From a virus, in the IMG/VR virus record IMGVR_UViG_3300009034_000018, positions 1 through 64,000 of that record: a stretch of DNA of 64,000 bases, one strand, 5' to 3'. The position numbers and the translations under genes were made by a program. This document shows positions 38,501-48,483 of the stretch, in pieces. Position 1 is the first letter of the stretch. The number at the start of each line of letters is the position of its first letter. The notes below the pieces were generated by a model. It saw only the letters and a list, made by a program, of their open reading frames with translations. It did no database searches and was not told the DNA's origin.

Positions 38501-38601
38501 ATAACATTAGGAATGTACTTATTGCTTACCATGCTGTTATTAAAATCGCCTTTATGTATGTTTAGCACATCACTTAATGTCGTATATTGTTTCTTTGGCA
38601 T
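35533..38601 (-). CDS. Terminase large subunit with intein
   Basis: Walker A WGRRSGKT, Walker B LLFDEIA, ISSP, F.QEYGAEF, HLDPA, DDI|C..DALAG nuclease motif. Confidence 0.92.
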   Translation of the reverse strand: MPKKQYTTLSDVLNIHKGDFNNSMVSNKYIPNVIEFCESPEYLGLKKYDSEGNIIFDLYPMQRIILKIFYRGSIGNETLELTEEEIQLCKECGLDTNEYGDALDKYYTDNVFRELVLVWGRRSGKTFLFSIIALYEAMRLLEISGGDPYKFYNLGSGAEISILTVAMSSDQARLAFREISEKLLNSKYFSDKFKAEGIGSDYIYLLTPQDRKDNQKRKKKKVSEKKGSIKIEVGHSNSSTLRGKSIFVLLFDEIASYTSISGSSSDENLYTALEPSVNTFFRTIVEKDENGDKKERKIFDGKIVCISSPMGKEGKLYRLYNESPDKNNRVSCRLPTWKVTPSLTKQDLRETSDLSDERFMQEYGAEFSGLAGRSFFPLGCIEKMASQGRGKKFVDIGRPGIIYFAHLDPASTSHNYALVIVHKETFLNKDTKSVDYRIVVDHIKYWQPSIGKPIKTDEVDEYVISLRNKFFFGMVTYDQWNSTDSIEKLKKFGIPSKCTKFNNKYIMTIYDELYNLIIGEKLVMPYHDLLIKELKNLQRKPTLNGYRRLPKPDGPVDTDDICVHPDTIIFTEDGPKKIVDVFPGEKVLTHKGKFKKITDKSCHFPKAKQKIYNLQPYYGFSLIATDNHQVEILRNGEKKWESIQNINVKTDKVIKTFNKEQKDFYLDLIDFVDTENRKHQKCDDWLKIAHIRCKNANGKWHKRIITPSYNLGYIYGLFIAEGSIGDHSINFAGNIEEPDIYNKIKQISNDEFGIDATKRYLSDTQSKGINYYINSQILKNMFIYLFKRKKATDKYIPNMFMVAKHNFQKGLLNGMFDGDGSHNESCISFTTTSEYLAHQIQQILLRFKVISSISCSKRKNKIIRIRGRLAKHNSDLYNVRITDAKSFNILSNIFNLDLRKKQSKYHKPRYIFFNNYVACNIKKLEISNYRNFVVNLAVQRNNSYVSGSINSHNCDALAGACYNVINMTANSFPRGKLVNIGVSPMSNSRMWRSMSGQLGYGTGQQVSAALERIRSWPDSQRR
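35743..36918 (-). mobile_element. Intein (392 aa, Cys1) with LAGLIDADG homing endonuclease
   Basis: DDI|CVHPDT...ATDNH...GLFIAEG...GMFDGDG...INSHN|CDALAG. Confidence 0.92.
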
Positions 38602-38975
38602 TACTCTATATTACCTGGATTGATCACATACCCAGCCCTTGTTGACAATTCTGCAAAATACTGTTTTACCTGTATGCCATAATTATCTAGAAACCCATTC
38701 ACTGAACCATAATGAGTTGTTACATGTTTCTGTAACATTTCTACTAGATCTACTGCATATTGTGATACATCAATTCTCTTTTGTACAATATATAAATATG
38801 CTATATCGGCAATTTCTGATTCAAGAATTTCTGGCGTAAAATCAAATTCAGTCGTTGCAGTTATCCCAGACAAATTATTTATAATACTAAACAATTCATC
38901 TCTAATCAAATAATTTGATTCATGGTTATCCGATATCCTATCACTTATATATTTATAATCACTAGCACTGATCAT
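38601..38975 (-). CDS. Hypothetical protein
   Basis: 124-aa ORF coupled to the terminase start. Confidence 0.7.
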   Translation of the reverse strand: MISASDYKYISDRISDNHESNYLIRDELFSIINNLSGITATTEFDFTPEILESEIADIAYLYIVQKRIDVSQYAVDLVEMLQKHVTTHYGSVNGFLDNYGIQVKQYFAELSTRAGYVINPGNIE

Positions 38976-38984
38976 AATAATTTC

Positions 38985-41411
38985 CTATGTCCATATCACA
39001 TCAGATGATGTCGTATATGGATAAGTCATTGTTTGTGTTTTTTGCCTAAATCTAAAATAGTATATTTCGCCCCTATTTAAATATTCAGAATTTTCATCTA
39101 AAAATCCATTTATAGATGTATACTTTATCATTTTATCTCCGCCCATATCCATAATTCTAATACCTTCATCTGGTAATGCTTCATACACAGTATTTCCATA
39201 TTTATCCTCCATTTTTTGATAATACCATCCAGAAGCATTGTCTGAACTATCAAATGACAATACAATAGTCGAAAAATTACTATCAATAGCCACATCTAAT
39301 TCGAAGTGATATAGATTTGTATTATAACGATAATCTGTTATTTGAATTTCATATGGCCACCATCCTTCATCGTATAAATGCATGCGATTAATATCTTCTT
39401 CTAAACTAGATACGTCTAATAATTGTCTGCTGATTTTATAACCCGTCATTGCTAAAAATTCATTCATAGTTATTTCGTCTCTGTCAATTTGTGTTTCATC
39501 CAGAAATTCATTAACAAATCTTTTTTTTGCATATGAAAATAAAGCATTAACGGCTTTAGTAAATACGGATTTTTTTATTTCTTCCGTATTTTGTAATAAA
39601 AGATTTTGACTTAGATCCAGAAGATCAACTTCTGTTGGTATATCTGTACTCATTACTATTCTGTTCCTTATTGCTTCTGTCTCTTCTGTTTTATTAGTAA
39701 AATATGCAATCGCTTTTGATAAGTTTATACTTGATTGATTCCATGCATAACTTTCATTTATCGATGGAATTTCTTGTTGCAACGTAATGTTCTGAGAATG
39801 TATCATGCTTCCATAATCGTTGATATAGTATATTCTTCTATTGTTTAGATCACCTTTTTTACCCATGATTAACTGACTTGTATCGATTGAGACTCCATCG
39901 TAATTATTGAAAACGATTAGACCTTGTAATTCATCGCCAATAACATATTCAACATTTCCACTAAACAGAGAAATATATCCATTCGCGTCTTCTATATTTA
40001 CAGAATATGTATATGCTCCACTAGATGGCGATGGTTTGCTAATAGTAGCAATGATAACAATGTCATAAGATATTATTGAACCTTCTGCTCCACTAGGAAG
40101 GACATCACACGGATTTAGTTCTGAAATTGGATCGAACCATCTCATGACTGTTATTGCGTTTGGTATAATTTTACTCCACGTACAATCTCCTGTTGATATC
40201 AAATAATGAATCTTGTTTATATCTGAGTTAATTGATACCAACTTAATTCTGTCATTTGTTATTGGTTCTGTAAAACAATGATCAGATATTACGATTCCAC
40301 CTATAGCTATTTTAATCATATACGGGGCTTCAGTTCCCTCGAAATAGCTACAAAAGATATTGTCAATTCTGTCAACTTTCCTTGACGACTCCGGAAATTT
40401 CATAGTTATTAGTGGATCACCTATTAAAGTAAGCTGGCTATTTAAAGATGGCAAACTAAATAGAAAGGCTTCGCCTAATGTGCCTTCGTTCGATAATGTA
40501 GCAAAAAATGCATCTGGATCAAGAAAATTATTTGGAGATTCTAAAGACATAGATCCAGCAGCACTACAATATCCGTTTTGTATTGCTTCTGGAACCCAAT
40601 CTGTCCCGCCAAATGTTTTCATCGTAAATGCTGGATCAGCATCTGCGTTATAAAAAAATACTCGTGTTGCACTTGTATCTTCAAACCATGATGATGTTGC
40701 ATAATCAGATAATCCACCCCAATAGAAGCTATCATTTTCTAAATATGGAAACACAGATTCTGAATATGGATCTTGAAAAACAGTCATGCGCAATGGCATG
40801 TTCATTTTTGAAGCAGTACCAGCAGCAAATTGTAATAAAGTGTTTCTATAATCGTTGTAACCACTACTGCCGATGTCAAAATATGGATCTATGTATAATT
40901 CACCGTTTACATATCTTTGCCTTATTAAGTTTGTAGATCTATCTATAATGTTTTTTGCGTCGTCAACTGTCGGAGCGTCAATTCTAGAAACTATATATCC
41001 ATAATTAACATCGCTGGCCTCATATAATGTGCCTGTTTTGTGTTTAAAAAGATAATTTCTTTCTTGTTTACTATATGTATGACCAGCCCTCATCATACGT
41101 GATACAGACGAAATTACATCATTACCATCATAAAAACCACCAGGAACATTGTAGCCAAGTATAATAACATAAATGTCAACTGTTAGAAATCCTGCTATTG
41201 CTGCGAGTACTTGGTCCTCGACCTCAGTTCTGAATGTGTTATAATCTGGAAGTATCTCTACATTTGAACAAGTTATTGGTATTACTTGAGCCCCAGGGAT
41301 ACCTCGTTCGTTCATATAATGTGCAGAGACTTCTATGCTATCTGCATCCCCCATTCTATAAACAAAAAGTACGTTATTGACCGTAATTGCCATATCTGTA
41401 AAAATTCCCAA
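38985..41411 (-). CDS. TIGR03790-like protein with C-terminal extension
   Basis: VLFVY..DS.EVSAHY...RGIP, VSRIDAPT, GTLGEAFLFSLP.L...TLIGDPL. Confidence 0.7.
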   Translation of the reverse strand: MGIFTDMAITVNNVLFVYRMGDADSIEVSAHYMNERGIPGAQVIPITCSNVEILPDYNTFRTEVEDQVLAAIAGFLTVDIYVIILGYNVPGGFYDGNDVISSVSRMMRAGHTYSKQERNYLFKHKTGTLYEASDVNYGYIVSRIDAPTVDDAKNIIDRSTNLIRQRYVNGELYIDPYFDIGSSGYNDYRNTLLQFAAGTASKMNMPLRMTVFQDPYSESVFPYLENDSFYWGGLSDYATSSWFEDTSATRVFFYNADADPAFTMKTFGGTDWVPEAIQNGYCSAAGSMSLESPNNFLDPDAFFATLSNEGTLGEAFLFSLPSLNSQLTLIGDPLITMKFPESSRKVDRIDNIFCSYFEGTEAPYMIKIAIGGIVISDHCFTEPITNDRIKLVSINSDINKIHYLISTGDCTWSKIIPNAITVMRWFDPISELNPCDVLPSGAEGSIISYDIVIIATISKPSPSSGAYTYSVNIEDANGYISLFSGNVEYVIGDELQGLIVFNNYDGVSIDTSQLIMGKKGDLNNRRIYYINDYGSMIHSQNITLQQEIPSINESYAWNQSSINLSKAIAYFTNKTEETEAIRNRIVMSTDIPTEVDLLDLSQNLLLQNTEEIKKSVFTKAVNALFSYAKKRFVNEFLDETQIDRDEITMNEFLAMTGYKISRQLLDVSSLEEDINRMHLYDEGWWPYEIQITDYRYNTNLYHFELDVAIDSNFSTIVLSFDSSDNASGWYYQKMEDKYGNTVYEALPDEGIRIMDMGGDKMIKYTSINGFLDENSEYLNRGEIYYFRFRQKTQTMTYPYTTSSDVIWT

Positions 41412-41477
41412 GTTATTCTATATATTATTTCGTAAAATAACCTGGGAAACCTTTACAAAGCCAACCGTATTTAATTG

Positions 41478-42023
41478 TTATTTAATACCAGTACTTCCTA
41501 ATCCTCCACCCCTATCTTTTTTCATATCTTCCTCAGAAAATTCTTCGACTTCTTTTAATTTTACTTGTTCAATTTTATTTATAACGCATTGAGCTATTCT
41601 GTCTCCATGATGAATAATAAATGCTTCGCGTCTAAGATTGAATAAAATCACCATAAGTTCCCCTCGATACGAACTATCTAAAGTGCCAGGAGAATTTGTA
41701 ATAGTAATTTTATGTTTTACGGCTAAACCACTCCGTGGCCTTATTTGCATTTCATAGCCATCGGGGACAACAAATGATAAACCGGTTCTAACTATAAATT
41801 GATCTTGGGGCAGCACAACCACTACTATATCTTCACAATTGTCTCCAGGTTGACTAACGAGAATATCCTCACCATTGAATCCAGCATTATGTTTAAGACC
41901 ATAGTTATAACTATCTTTATAATTTTTTTTAACCAATGCATGTACGTCAAAACCTGCTGACCCTGGTGTCTGATATTTAGGCATAATGGCATCTTTATGA
42001 AGTTTCTTTACTTTTACTACCAT
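41478..42023 (-). CDS. dut: dUTP diphosphatase (trimeric), with an N-terminal insertion
   Basis: SAGFDV, RPRSGLA, GTLDSSYRGE, GDRIAQ, RGGGLGSTG. Confidence 0.95.
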   Translation of the reverse strand: MVVKVKKLHKDAIMPKYQTPGSAGFDVHALVKKNYKDSYNYGLKHNAGFNGEDILVSQPGDNCEDIVVVVLPQDQFIVRTGLSFVVPDGYEMQIRPRSGLAVKHKITITNSPGTLDSSYRGELMVILFNLRREAFIIHHGDRIAQCVINKIEQVKLKEVEEFSEEDMKKDRGGGLGSTGIK

Positions 42024-42038
42024 CTTGTCTCCTTTTTT

Positions 42039-42791
42039 CTATTTTATTATCCCTTCACCTACAATTTTATTAATTACTTTCTTATTAATTGGAATAAATG
42101 CTCCGCAATAATTAAAATATACTTTCTTAAAATAATATTTATTATCTTTTGCTTTAGCTAAAACTTTACACCCTAATACTCCTGTAACGATCCCAATACA
42201 TTTACCTTCTTTGTCAAAAATACCGCCACCACTGGATCCGAAAGAAACTCCACCGGTAAATATACCATGTAATGGACCGAATAAGGTCAGGCGATGCCAT
42301 GCCCCCAAAATACCTTCATTTATAATTGGTCTATATTTACCAGGTCTGGCACAAGCATATAATTTACTGCCGATACTATTGAGCATACCATTTGAAAAAA
42401 CCACAGAAGTTAACTTAACTTTTTTAGGAACAGATAGCCATAAAACAGCGATATCAAGATATTCACTGCCAGCTACGACAAATGCCGTTATCTTTGTGTG
42501 TCCCATAAGATTACCACCATGATCGTATTTATAGAAAATAACATTCATTAGTTTAGTGGTTTTGGCTAATTGGCTTGCAACATGAAATGCAGTAATTACA
42601 AATACTTCATTTTCTTCTGGAAGAAAATTTTTATTTACTTTTATTATTATACCACTCGCGTATCCGATATCACCAACTTCGATCCCAACACTTGAATTTA
42701 GCATAGAAGAAAATGATGGTGCTTTTTGACGAACACATCCCATTTGCAAAAGCATTATTGCAAAAAATATCGACATTGCAATTTTTTTCAT
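42039..42791 (-). CDS. Trypsin-like serine protease, lipoprotein-like signal
   Basis: ITAFHV, DIAVL, GSSGGG triad; LLQMGC lipobox-like. Confidence 0.85.
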   Translation of the reverse strand: MKKIAMSIFFAIMLLQMGCVRQKAPSFSSMLNSSVGIEVGDIGYASGIIIKVNKNFLPEENEVFVITAFHVASQLAKTTKLMNVIFYKYDHGGNLMGHTKITAFVVAGSEYLDIAVLWLSVPKKVKLTSVVFSNGMLNSIGSKLYACARPGKYRPIINEGILGAWHRLTLFGPLHGIFTGGVSFGSSGGGIFDKEGKCIGIVTGVLGCKVLAKAKDNKYYFKKVYFNYCGAFIPINKKVINKIVGEGIIK

Positions 42792-42814
42792 ATTGTATTC
42801 TCCTTATTATATAT

Positions 42815-45427
42815 TTAGCATTTTTGCCAGCCACAGCCAGAACACATCACACATCCACTTTCTCTTATTAATTTTCCACCGCATCTTTCACATTCCTCTC
42901 CTTTAATCTCTGTGCCATCTACAATATATTTCTTTAATGCCCTCGCAATGCTTTTTGCAAAACACGTCAACTCACCTTTTGTTTTTTCCAATTGATGTAC
43001 TATAAATTCAATATCTGTACCATGCCTAAGAGCAGTCGAAATCATTCTCGTTAATACTTCTTCTTCTGGGTTCTCATATTGTATTATAGACTCAATGACC
43101 GATTTGTCTTCAAATATTAAATTATAAACACTTCTCTTAATTTTTTTTATTATTCCCTTCTTTGCCTTCAGCGGTATGGCTCCATTTTTGCCAGCAAATA
43201 CTTCATATGGATCTTTATTATTCCCAAATATTCCAACTGCAACGAAATATTTTTCTCCTTTTACTGTTATATGATGAACATCACATTCCATCTCTCTCGG
43301 TCTTTTTGGGGAATGGCTTTTTTGTATTTGATTTTCATTAGCAATATTACCTTCTTGTTTTATAAGAACTCCACTTCTGCACCCATCGCGATAAACAGTA
43401 ATTCCTTTGCAACCAGCTTCATATGCTGTTTCATAAATCTCTGCGACTTTTTCTACTGAAACATCATGCGGAAGATTTATTGTGCTAGAAATACTATGAC
43501 ATATGTGTTTTTGTATAGTCGCCTGCAATTTTACTCTCATATTCCAATCCAAATCTTCAGCACAATTGTTATAAAACGGTGATTGTGATAAATCAGAATT
43601 ATTTGTTGCTTCCATCCACTCTGTAAAACAAGCAGGATACATATCAAACTCTTGCCACTTATCTCCATTCTGATCTATAAAATCTATCCTGGCATCGCTA
43701 TCATTTGCATTTATCTTCTTTCTTCTCTTAAATGGTTTTATAGAGTATTCAGGTTCTATACCAGATGATGTACCAAAACTATTCATTAATGCTGCTAACA
43801 ATGATACGCTTCCTGCTGGCGATAATGTCAATAAAGCTATATTGCGACGACCATATTTTTTCATGCTTTTATAGACATTTTCACCCTTTATAACTTTATT
43901 TTTATTTAATTTAACTTCTTCGTCTTTAAATCTATTTAAAAATGGATTATCTTTTTCTATATCGTGATCCCAAATAGGAAATGGCCCAAGCACTTTCGCT
44001 AATTTAATCGATGACTTATATGCAGCGAATTTAAAAGTTCTAAAAATTCTTTCTGCTGTTTTTATACCTTTATTAGATCCATATTTAATATTTAATGCAG
44101 CTAACGTATCAGCTAGCGCTGTGGTGCCAGTACCAGTTCTTCGCCCCTTTTTCAATGTTATTAAAATTTCTTTCCATAAATGCAATTCCCTTGACTTTAT
44201 GAAATCGCTTTCTGGATCGCTTTTTATTTTTCTTATAATTTTTTTGACAACTTCTTCTTCTAAATCAATCAAATCATCTGCTAATCTTTGTGCTATTTTT
44301 GTGTATTCATAAAATTCTTCGTAATCGAAATAAGCATCTTCAGTATAAGGATTTTTCACAAATCCAAATAAGTTTAATAATAATAAAATACATGATCCGT
44401 ATGCTCCCAATATTAATTCGCTACACGGATTTACACAAATTGTTTCAAATCCAAAATCTTTATAACAATTCGCAATGCTTTCTCTCAAAATATTATCCCA
44501 CATTAACAATCCTGGTTCTGCTACACGCCATGCACTATGAATTATTTTCATCCACGCCTTTTTTGCATCTACTTCTTTAGATATTTTTGGATCATCAGAA
44601 TCCACTGGCCATCGTTGCTGATACATTTTGTTTTTGCTAACTGCATTCATAAATTCATCTGTTATTTTAACTGATATGTTCGCTCCTGTAACTTTGGTTG
44701 GATCATATTTAGAAGTAACAAAATCTATTTTTTGGGGATTAAACCATTCAGAAGATATAGTGAATTGACCAAATTCTTTATTATTTATATATATACCATA
44801 CGGCTTCCCATCTATTTTTTCATCCCATAGAATGACTGATTCTGGATGATGAATAGAAATTGATATAAGACTAGCCCCACGTCTTCCGTCTTGACCTACC
44901 TCTCTTGTAGTATTAGAATATCTTGACATGAATGGTATAATTCCAGTGGACGTTCTTGATGAATTCGTGGTTGGGGTTTTATTCGGTCTTAGTTTCGATA
45001 TGTCAAATCCTACACCGCCTCTTCGCTTACTAATTTGCGCTATTTCTTCATCTGTCCTGCATATTCCACCATAACTATCTTCCGGTCCTGGTATAGTAAA
45101 ACAATTGGCGTGAGACACATATTGTTTGTCGTTGCCAATTGCATACATAGGTGATCCTTGTGGAATGATTTTTTTGAATTTATCCAAAAATCCAAAAATC
45201 TCTTCTTCTGTAAATGGCTTGATAGTCGTATCTTTATATCTCTTCTTCTCAATTCTAGCAAGTTGCTTTGCTATTCTTCTATGCATATCTTCTGGTGTTT
45301 TTTCAAAATATCCATCTTGATTTCTTAGTGCATATTTTGATACAAATACATTAGTAGCCAACTCATTTCCATTAAAATACTCTAAAGAGGCAGAAAACGC
45401 CTCATCATATGAATAAGTTTGTTCCAT
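42815..45427 (-). CDS. nrdJ: Adenosylcobalamin-dependent (class II) ribonucleotide reductase
   Basis: PQGSP, ANCF, RRGGVG, GRRGA, EPG, NPCSE, SPAGSVS, GCKGITVYRDGCR, C-terminal zinc ribbon; start moved to ATG 45427 with GGAG SD. Confidence 0.93.
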   Translation of the reverse strand: MEQTYSYDEAFSASLEYFNGNELATNVFVSKYALRNQDGYFEKTPEDMHRRIAKQLARIEKKRYKDTTIKPFTEEEIFGFLDKFKKIIPQGSPMYAIGNDKQYVSHANCFTIPGPEDSYGGICRTDEEIAQISKRRGGVGFDISKLRPNKTPTTNSSRTSTGIIPFMSRYSNTTREVGQDGRRGASLISISIHHPESVILWDEKIDGKPYGIYINNKEFGQFTISSEWFNPQKIDFVTSKYDPTKVTGANISVKITDEFMNAVSKNKMYQQRWPVDSDDPKISKEVDAKKAWMKIIHSAWRVAEPGLLMWDNILRESIANCYKDFGFETICVNPCSELILGAYGSCILLLLNLFGFVKNPYTEDAYFDYEEFYEYTKIAQRLADDLIDLEEEVVKKIIRKIKSDPESDFIKSRELHLWKEILITLKKGRRTGTGTTALADTLAALNIKYGSNKGIKTAERIFRTFKFAAYKSSIKLAKVLGPFPIWDHDIEKDNPFLNRFKDEEVKLNKNKVIKGENVYKSMKKYGRRNIALLTLSPAGSVSLLAALMNSFGTSSGIEPEYSIKPFKRRKKINANDSDARIDFIDQNGDKWQEFDMYPACFTEWMEATNNSDLSQSPFYNNCAEDLDWNMRVKLQATIQKHICHSISSTINLPHDVSVEKVAEIYETAYEAGCKGITVYRDGCRSGVLIKQEGNIANENQIQKSHSPKRPREMECDVHHITVKGEKYFVAVGIFGNNKDPYEVFAGKNGAIPLKAKKGIIKKIKRSVYNLIFEDKSVIESIIQYENPEEEVLTRMISTALRHGTDIEFIVHQLEKTKGELTCFAKSIARALKKYIVDGTEIKGEECERCGGKLIRESGCVMCSGCGWQKC

Positions 45428-45578
45428 TAATTTTCTCCATGGATAAAAAGTATTGAATTGTTTCAAAGGATTTCACAAAAAGTGTGGTAGTTTCCTCCCT
45501 AAGAATCCCCGTCTGTTTTTAAAAAAATCATAAGACAATGTTATCGTATTAGTTATAACAATATTTTTTTTTAGATTA

Positions 45579-47039
45579 CTAAAAATCTTCTTCTACATCT
45601 TTAGTAAATCCCAATGGAGCATTAGGCACCAATTGAGAAAAATCTTTGTCTTTTATCTCTTTCATCGCTTCGCGAAAGTGTTTTCTCAGTATAATAATCT
45701 TACTTTTTTTGTCAATGCTACCGTCATCCACAGCGCATGCTGCAGCAGTATCGCATAAATTTTTTATATATGCCCCGCTCATATCCTTACCTATATCTTT
45801 ACAAGATTTTGTCAATTTATTAAGATCTATATTCTTATCTAAAATAAAATTTCTAGTAAATCTTATTAGCATTTTCTTTATACATACTTCATCCGGTCCA
45901 TTAACTTGTATAACTCTATCAAATCGCCCTGGTCTATTTTTAATTGCTTCTTCAACTTTCTCTGGCATATTAGTTGTAGCTAATGTAACTACGCCTTCAA
46001 AATTTTCTATTCCATCCAATTTATTCATTAGTTCAACTGTCATCGCATTTGGGCCAGCAATATTTCTATTTGTTGCTAACCAATCTATATCTTCCATAAT
46101 TAACAATGACGGTGCTAATTCTTGAGCCATATCACAAACTCTGCTTATATCTGGTATACAATGTATGTGAGATGGTAACACATATATAACTGAAACATTT
46201 AGTGTTTTTGCTAGAATTTTACATATTAAAGTTTTGCCGGTCCCAGGACTACCAGCTAATATAACGCCTCTTTTTAATGTTATTTCATTCTTTTTAAATA
46301 TATCTCCATAGCTAAAAGTATTTTCTATATTTTTTCTTATATTTTCTCTAATTGCGTCAGGCAATATAATATCATCCCATGATATATTTTTATCAATTTC
46401 CAAAAAGTTGCAAACAGCATCAATTTTCTTTCCTTTGTAAAAATTATTTTCCTTCGCAAAATCATTCCAATCTTTCCATATATGAGTGCTTTTTTCATCA
46501 TATGCAATAAGATAATTAGTATGATGTCCATGGGGATCATATGTTAGGGATATGACCAATCTTGCATCTTTATCTGGATTATAATAAAAGATTGTTGCAT
46601 CAGTATAGACATCAAATTCTTCTGTCTGGCTGCATTTTACTCGTGACTTTTGAGGCCCTTTAAAATCAGAATATTCAGATGATATTTCTTGTACAGCGTA
46701 ATAACCATTTTTCTCAAAAAAATCTCTCATGCAAAATTGTAATAAATTATTTTCATATACATTTTTTGATTCTACTATATTTTCGTAATCTACATCATGA
46801 AGAAATCCCTCTATTCTTGCTTCCCATGTACTAAATCGTTCAAACAGCTTAGAAAAATGCCCAATCGTGGCATTTATAATTTTTGTATTTCTTTCTTCGT
46901 CTGTTAAACTATCGAGTTTAAGCCGTTCGAGTTGTCTTTTTATGTCTCTGAATAAATCGAATCCAGAACCAGAAGTGGGTTTTCTATATCCTCTAACTGC
47001 TGGCGGGGCCTCGATCCGGATTTGTTTCATCTTGTTCAT
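45579..47039 (-). CDS. AAA+ ATPase
   Basis: GSPGTGKT, LIMEDID, LATTN, RPGRFD. Confidence 0.92.
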   Translation of the reverse strand: MNKMKQIRIEAPPAVRGYRKPTSGSGFDLFRDIKRQLERLKLDSLTDEERNTKIINATIGHFSKLFERFSTWEARIEGFLHDVDYENIVESKNVYENNLLQFCMRDFFEKNGYYAVQEISSEYSDFKGPQKSRVKCSQTEEFDVYTDATIFYYNPDKDARLVISLTYDPHGHHTNYLIAYDEKSTHIWKDWNDFAKENNFYKGKKIDAVCNFLEIDKNISWDDIILPDAIRENIRKNIENTFSYGDIFKKNEITLKRGVILAGSPGTGKTLICKILAKTLNVSVIYVLPSHIHCIPDISRVCDMAQELAPSLLIMEDIDWLATNRNIAGPNAMTVELMNKLDGIENFEGVVTLATTNMPEKVEEAIKNRPGRFDRVIQVNGPDEVCIKKMLIRFTRNFILDKNIDLNKLTKSCKDIGKDMSGAYIKNLCDTAAACAVDDGSIDKKSKIIILRKHFREAMKEIKDKDFSQLVPNAPLGFTKDVEEDF

Positions 47040-47811
47040 CTTTTTTAATCTCCTTGCTTTCGTTCTGCTTCAACGAATTATCAAATAATTCACCGATAAA
47101 ATAGTCACGTCCCAACATATTATACTTCCCTTCTACCATTTCTATAATTGTTTCTAAGGAAAATTTTTTTTCAAAAATATCATTTCTCGAATAACTTATT
47201 ATTTGTCTTTTTTTGTCAAATTTTTTAATCCACAAAAGAGCGTTTCTGCAATGTTCAAGTGTATTTCTATTATGAAATTTGTTGATTCCATAAAAATCTG
47301 TTTTATATCCTTTGCCTCTGTTATGTTCATATTTACAATCAAAGCCAAGAAGAATTATCGGATCACATCCAAGAACATAAGCGAGTTGAAATGCCAATGC
47401 TCCCGTATTACCACGCCCATGCAATCGAGATGGATCTTTTGGCATGTCATATCCACCGTTAGATAGACTAAAGAGATAATTAGTTCCAGTAGGATCTGCT
47501 GTATCTCTACAATATTTTAATGCATTTAATCTTGACAAATCTCTTTTTGATATATAATAAAATTCTATATCTTGCCAAATCAATATGGTGGGGTCAATTT
47601 TAAGATAAGAACTATTTATCCCTATTGTAAAAAAATCTACTAATCTTCCAATCGGCATTTTATCCAATGACGGACCACATGCAGTTATGAAACACGGCAG
47701 ATTTTGTAATTTATTAGTCCATTGTTTAACAGTTTTTTTCTTTTTAGCCGAGATATGTCGTAATCTTTTACGTATCATAATAATAAAATCGGCTAGTGAA
47801 TTAATATTCAA
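46993..47811 (-). CDS. Maf/DUF115 (MptE-like) glycosylation-associated protein
   Basis: CFITACGPSL, IGIN, LAYVLGCDPIILLGFD. Confidence 0.7.
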   Translation of the reverse strand: MNINSLADFIIMIRKRLRHISAKKKKTVKQWTNKLQNLPCFITACGPSLDKMPIGRLVDFFTIGINSSYLKIDPTILIWQDIEFYYISKRDLSRLNALKYCRDTADPTGTNYLFSLSNGGYDMPKDPSRLHGRGNTGALAFQLAYVLGCDPIILLGFDCKYEHNRGKGYKTDFYGINKFHNRNTLEHCRNALLWIKKFDKKRQIISYSRNDIFEKKFSLETIIEMVEGKYNMLGRDYFIGELFDNSLKQNESKEIKKDEQDETNPDRGPASS

Positions 47812-47851
47812 TAGCCGATTGTGCGCTCTTTCTCATATAATCATTTTTATC

Positions 47852-48472
47852 CTAATCAATTAACTCTACATCCCAATATCCTATTTCATTCCATTGATCG
47901 GTGTTAATAAATTTTTCCCAAAATTTAGGAATTTTTGATATATGTTTTGCATACATTAAATTCCATACTGGTTTTCTAGGTTCACGTATTAATTTTAATC
48001 CTGCTTCTTCTGGAGTTCTGTTGCCTTTTTGGATATTTGCTTCAAAAGAAGCTATTACAACATTATCCCATGTCGTTTTTCCTCCACGACTTTTTGGAAA
48101 TACATGGTCAATAGTCGCATTTTTCATAGTTACTTTCTTACCAGTATACTGGCATCTATGTTTATCTCTAATTAAAAGATTTCTTCTAGTAAGTTTTACT
48201 TTTATATTAGGAATACGATTATATTTTGAAAGCACAATAACTTTTGGCACTCTTATTTTTAATTTATTAGTATGTATGAAATTTTCATCATCATCATATT
48301 TTTGCGATTCTTTTACCCATTTATTCCAATCACATTTTGTGTAATTTTCATCTATAATATGAGCAGTGCCAGTAAATGCTCTTACTATTGATTCTTTTGC
48401 TGTTTCAATATTAAACGCAGACCAGCTTTTGTTTAATACCAATGTTGGTTCATAAAGAGCTTGAATACTCAT
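47852..48472 (-). CDS. HNH endonuclease (McrA-like)
   Basis: TLVLN, RRNLLIRD..RCQYTG, TIDHVFPKSRGG.TTWDN, N..KGNRTPEEAG. Confidence 0.92.
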   Translation of the reverse strand: MSIQALYEPTLVLNKSWSAFNIETAKESIVRAFTGTAHIIDENYTKCDWNKWVKESQKYDDDENFIHTNKLKIRVPKVIVLSKYNRIPNIKVKLTRRNLLIRDKHRCQYTGKKVTMKNATIDHVFPKSRGGKTTWDNVVIASFEANIQKGNRTPEEAGLKLIREPRKPVWNLMYAKHISKIPKFWEKFINTDQWNEIGYWDVELID

Positions 48473-48483
48473 TTTAACATTCC

